A stretch of DNA of 30,108 nucleotides from an archaeon (GTDB lineage: Archaea; Iainarchaeota; Iainarchaeia; Iainarchaeales; 1-14-0-10-31-34): contig JBDRFE010000025.1 of assembly GCA_043819075.1 (NCBI GenBank), positions 1-30,108 of the forward strand, written 5' to 3'. Every line of letters starts with the position of its first letter. Position 1 is the stretch's first letter. Below are positions 26,090 through 30,108 of the stretch, one piece after another. The translations under genes and the position numbers were made by a program. The notes under the pieces were generated by a model, which saw only the letters and a list, made by a program, of their open reading frames with translations, had not been told where the DNA came from and searched no databases.

Positions 26090-27655
26090 ATGGATTCAGT
26101 AATTAAACCTTTAGTCCAAAAAATTGCCTTTGAATGCGGGGAAGCAGGGGCAACAAAATGGGATGTAATAAAAATAATAAAAGAATTAAATGAAGCTGAA
26201 ACCCAAAGCGAAAGAAAACTCAAAGAAAAAGCAATTGAACTGCTCAGGCAGTTAAACCCAAAGGCAGCAGAAAATTATTCTTCTTTTGACAAAATGATTG
26301 TTTTTACTTCCAAGCAGAAAACAGAGGCATTTGACAGAGGCAATATAACCAAGTCATTGCTGAAGGAAACAAAAATAAAAAGAGGGCTTGCAGAAAAAAT
26401 TTCAACTGAATTAGAAGAAAAAATAAAGGACTTAAAAATCTCGCACATTACTACTTCTTTGATTAGGCAGATGGTGTGCGTTAAGCTCCTTGAACTTGGA
26501 TTAGAAGAAACATTCAACGAATACACCAGAATAGGAATCCCGGTATTTGAAATAGAGAAAACAGAAAATCCTTTGAAAGAGGTTTTCACTGAATTCAATT
26601 TAGTTTCAAGGATTCCTGCAAAAGCAAAAGAACTTCACTTTAATTCAACGGTTTTTATTCCGTTCATGGAAGATTTTTCCTCCAAAGCTTTTTCAACAAA
26701 TATTCCTCTTGAAGAAAAAAACGATTCAGGCGAAAACATAATAATAGGGCTGCTGAAACAAATAAAAGAAAAAAACAAATTATTTTCTTCTTCTGTCTGC
26801 ATTAATTATCTTAACTTCTGGTTTTCAAGGGCTTTAGAGAAAAAAAGCAGGCAAAAAATAACTGAATTAATTGACTTCTTTTTTAACGCAAGCTCGCTGA
26901 ACGAAAAAAGGTTTTGTGTTACAGTTTCATTGTTTTCCCCTGAAGAATCAAACTATAAATCAAACAAAAAAAACATCTGGTTTTTTTCAAATGAATTCAT
27001 CAAAAAATTCAATGAAAGAAAAAAAGAATTAAACTTTGATTTGATTGTCTGCCTGGAAAACAAGTTTCAGCTGAAACTGCTTGAAAGCAAAACATTTGAA
27101 AGCCAGATGAATTTTTTAAGCCAGAAAAATATTGTTCTTAACGCACAAGAAAAAGGGCTTTACGTCAAAGGCACTGGAATTCTTTCAATGGCTGAAATAA
27201 ATGCAGAAAAACTTTTCATTGAATGCAATGGAAACCCGAAAAAGCTTTTTGATTCAGCTGAAGAAACAATGAAGGCAGTGAATGAACTTAATTCAGCCAA
27301 AGAAAAAGAACTGAAAGAAAAAGAGTTTGACACAGCAAAACTGAAAAAATGCGTTTCATTGTATGGCGTTGATTCCGGCGCAGAAATTTTTTCTAAAGGA
27401 AACAGAATGGAAGCAAAAACAATTGCAAGAAGGTTCAGGGAAAAAATAAGAAAAGAAGCAGGAAACTCTGTTGTATTAAGGAGCTTTAATTCAGCTGAAG
27501 CAAAAAAAAGGTTTTCTGAATTTAACCAGGAAAAATATTCTGCCAAAGCAGAAGAAAAAAATTTAAGGACAACAAGCTATGCTGTTGCAACAACAAAAAA
27601 AGAATTAGAGGAATTAATAGAAAAAAATTACGAGTATATTTCTTTCAGGCCTTAA
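26090..27655 (+). CDS. ATP-cone protein related to anaerobic ribonucleotide reductase NrdD, catalytically degenerate
   Basis: VFTSKQKTEAFDRGNITKSLLKET...TTSLIRQMVCVKLLELG...YTRIGIPVFEI matches the archaeal NrdD N-terminus. Later blocks are weakly NrdD-like, and no glycyl-radical motif is present. Confidence 0.7.
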   Translation: MDSVIKPLVQKIAFECGEAGATKWDVIKIIKELNEAETQSERKLKEKAIELLRQLNPKAAENYSSFDKMIVFTSKQKTEAFDRGNITKSLLKETKIKRGLAEKISTELEEKIKDLKISHITTSLIRQMVCVKLLELGLEETFNEYTRIGIPVFEIEKTENPLKEVFTEFNLVSRIPAKAKELHFNSTVFIPFMEDFSSKAFSTNIPLEEKNDSGENIIIGLLKQIKEKNKLFSSSVCINYLNFWFSRALEKKSRQKITELIDFFFNASSLNEKRFCVTVSLFSPEESNYKSNKKNIWFFSNEFIKKFNERKKELNFDLIVCLENKFQLKLLESKTFESQMNFLSQKNIVLNAQEKGLYVKGTGILSMAEINAEKLFIECNGNPKKLFDSAEETMKAVNELNSAKEKELKEKEFDTAKLKKCVSLYGVDSGAEIFSKGNRMEAKTIARRFREKIRKEAGNSVVLRSFNSAEAKKRFSEFNQEKYSAKAEEKNLRTTSYAVATTKKELEELIEKNYEYISFRP

Positions 27656-28374
27656 TCCATGTCAACCAAAGCCAAACCGAATTTTTTCATGTACAATCTT
27701 GTTTTCACTATTTCAATGAATGGAACAACAAAAAGCAATACAATAATTAAAGAAACATAGTTTGCCCCCAAAAAAACAAAATCCAGGGCAAACTCAATTA
27801 AAGGCACAATTAAAAGAAAGATAACTGACATGAAAACGACTTTCAAAACTGTTACAGGGTTCTTTAAAAGAAATTCAATGCTGTTCTGCACTGCATGCAT
27901 TATTTTGTATTCGTCAACCACAATGCTTTGCGGGACAAACAAAAAGAAAACAGATGCAATAAACAGGATTAAATTAATCAAAGCAAATGGCACACTAAAA
28001 AAAGCAAGCAAAGAATACACTAAATAAAATGCAAGAAAATACAAAACAAAAAACAATGCAAGCACAAAACTGAATTTATGCAGTTTCTCGCTTAAATAAT
28101 AATTCAGCCTGACTTTATTCAGTTTATTTCTTACATCAAAAATCAGGAACGAAACAAACATTGAATAAAATACTAGGAAAACAAGAATTGAAATTAATTC
28201 AACAAAAAAAACCGGCAAGTCAACCAAAAAAAGATTGTATTCCAGGAAAATGCTTCCAGAGCCCACAAAAACGTTTTCAAATAAAACAAAGAAAGCAAAA
28301 ACTAATAAGACTCCAAACAATAAGCTGAGCTTAAAGCTCTCCAAGTAATCCCTTAAAGCATGCTGTAAAACCAC
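27652..28374 (-). CDS. Hypothetical polytopic membrane protein (about 6 TM)
   Basis: GTG start, highly hydrophobic; FVPQSIVVDE...AVQNSIEF pattern seen in 6-TM membrane domains. Confidence 0.75.
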   Translation of the reverse strand: MVLQHALRDYLESFKLSLLFGVLLVFAFFVLFENVFVGSGSIFLEYNLFLVDLPVFFVELISILVFLVFYSMFVSFLIFDVRNKLNKVRLNYYLSEKLHKFSFVLALFFVLYFLAFYLVYSLLAFFSVPFALINLILFIASVFFLFVPQSIVVDEYKIMHAVQNSIEFLLKNPVTVLKVVFMSVIFLLIVPLIEFALDFVFLGANYVSLIIVLLFVVPFIEIVKTRLYMKKFGLALVDMD

Positions 28375-28465
28375 TTAAAACCCCATTAAATGCTGTGAAA
28401 AACAATTTAAATGGCTTTTCCTGAAAGAAAAGAAATAAATAACAGAAAAACAAAGTAATAGTTAA

Positions 28466-30108
28466 ATGAATAAAAAAAGTGCATTAATGTTTTTGATTGT
28501 TTTCCTTGCGCTCTTAATTGACAATGTTGGTGCAGTAGGAGGGGAACCAGGATTATGCAGCCCCCCGGGAGCAACACAGGCATGCACTACACTAGAAGGC
28601 TGCCCTGGAACACGAGTGTGCGATGAGTTTGGAGCATGGGGTGAATGCATTGACACTCCAAGCGACGGCTGCCCCGGAGCAACTCCAACAGTTACACTGA
28701 CATGGCGTTACCCTGATGTAACGCCTTGGAGGATTCCATGGGATACTTGGGGTTCAGTAACCATTTTATGCAATAATAGCCCGTGCAATACAATGTCTGC
28801 AACCCTGCAATGGTGCAAAGGAATTGACTGCACTAACTTCCAGAGTATTACAACAACAGGAGACATAACCCTGTTTACAGGCTATTCTACAACTTATTAT
28901 ACTGCAAGTATTGCAACAGGGGCTGAATGGAAGCCTTTATGGAGGCTTGTGACAACAGCAACAGCACCATATGACGGGGAAACATACAGGCTGAGAATTA
29001 AAGTAATCGGAGGAAATACAGTCCCGACAATAAATTATATTATCTGGGATAAATTGCTGGTAAATTTTGCGCCAACAGCAGTATTGACTGCCCCTGCAGA
29101 AGGAACAGCAACAAAAACAGGCAATGTTCTTGCAATCAACTGGACCACAAGTGACGTGGATTATGATACAGTGAAATCATATCTTTATTATGCCCCAAAA
29201 ACTAACTGCACTGCCAGCGCAGGAACAAACTTTTACACTACAACAATGCTTCCTGTCGGAGCGCAAGCATATAACTGGACTGTTCCTTCAATTGCTGCAG
29301 GCGAATACTGTGTTTTTGTAAGGCCGCAGGACAGCTATGAATACGGCAATATTTCAAATGACAGAAACATAACAGTTAACTTGTCGAAAGCAGAAGTAAA
29401 TAATATTGCAGGAGACACAACTGCTCCTTACATTGATTTATTGAATGACAAGAAAACAGATTTGGTTCTTAATATTACAACAAATGACGGAATTGAATGC
29501 AAGTGGGCTGCAACATCATTTGACCCTGTCACACAAGGGACAAACTGCACAATGAACAGTGCTTCAAGTTCAACCTGTGGTTTGGGAAGCCTTGTAAATG
29601 GAAACTATTCAAGGTATTACGCCTGCAAAAACAATTTCACTTGGAGCCCAATTAAAAGCGTTGACTTTACTGTGGACTTGACTTCACTGCTTTCAGCTGC
29701 AATTGTTTTCCCAAAGGATGGAAACGCATTCCTTATAGGGGAAACAATAAACTTTGATTCAAATATTTACAGCAATTTCTTTAATTACACAGTGCAATGG
29801 GATTCAAACACTGACACAGACTGGAAGCCCTCGCAAGAAGATTTTTCTTATTCAGGCTTGAGCATTGCAGACCATTTAATTGGATTAAAAGCAGTGTTTG
29901 ATATTGGGGGCGGAAACTTTTTAGAAAAAACTGGTTCAGTTAAAGTAAGGGTTTATCCGGTGCCACAAGACATTCTCAGAATAGTTGAATTTGAATTAGT
30001 TTACATAAAACTCATTAGCGGTCATCCTGCAATGACATTCAAACTGACAACAAACAATGATTATATTCAGGTTAAAACAAAAATCCAGAATGTCGGGCCA
30101 GTAGACAA
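28466..30108 (+). CDS. Large secreted/surface protein (Cys-rich N-terminal module plus Ig-like domains), runs off the window
   Basis: Not in the ORF track because there is no stop. MNKKSALMFLIVFLALLIDNVGA signal peptide; CSPPGATQACTTLEGCPGTRVCDEFGAWGEC; NFAPTAVLTAPAEG...INWTTSDVD Ig-like; ends VKTKIQNVGPVD (CARDB-like). Confidence 0.85.
   Translation, partial: MNKKSALMFLIVFLALLIDNVGAVGGEPGLCSPPGATQACTTLEGCPGTRVCDEFGAWGECIDTPSDGCPGATPTVTLTWRYPDVTPWRIPWDTWGSVTILCNNSPCNTMSATLQWCKGIDCTNFQSITTTGDITLFTGYSTTYYTASIATGAEWKPLWRLVTTATAPYDGETYRLRIKVIGGNTVPTINYIIWDKLLVNFAPTAVLTAPAEGTATKTGNVLAINWTTSDVDYDTVKSYLYYAPKTNCTASAGTNFYTTTMLPVGAQAYNWTVPSIAAGEYCVFVRPQDSYEYGNISNDRNITVNLSKAEVNNIAGDTTAPYIDLLNDKKTDLVLNITTNDGIECKWAATSFDPVTQGTNCTMNSASSSTCGLGSLVNGNYSRYYACKNNFTWSPIKSVDFTVDLTSLLSAAIVFPKDGNAFLIGETINFDSNIYSNFFNYTVQWDSNTDTDWKPSQEDFSYSGLSIADHLIGLKAVFDIGGGNFLEKTGSVKVRVYPVPQDILRIVEFELVYIKLISGHPAMTFKLTTNNDYIQVKTKIQNVGPVD

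Overview
AT-rich (roughly one-third GC by eye), gene-dense archaeal chromosomal segment. The Orc1/Cdc6, RFC-large, archaeal-type PheS/PheT, Cdc48, Nob1-like PIN, class III signal-peptide pilins and BRE/TATA promoters point to Archaea. The compact style suggests a DPANN lineage, possibly Iainarchaeota/Diapherotrites (inference). Housekeeping genes (rfcL, ychF, pheST, cdc6, cdc48, topA) are interspersed with membrane and hypothetical genes and a two-operon pilin-like cluster (13.6-17.0 kb). That cluster has a GT4 glycosyltransferase inside it and is flanked by a membrane-anchored ArsR-type regulator and an M50 protease. No rRNA, tRNA, CRISPR, integrase or transposase was seen. Most notable observations: (1) directly after the cdc48 stop there is an in-frame, ATG-initiated copy of the last 14 codons that encodes the same peptide but differs at 7 synonymous positions plus the stop codon; (2) a 16-bp motif is shared at the same distance upstream of both pilin operons; (3) a 44-codon ORF/structured RNA is bracketed by a perfect 12-bp inverted repeat; (4) a catalytically eroded NrdD-like protein; (5) PheS carries an extra N-terminal wHTH-like domain; (6) a truncated Rqc2/NFACT gene and a degenerate HD gene lie upstream of cdc48.
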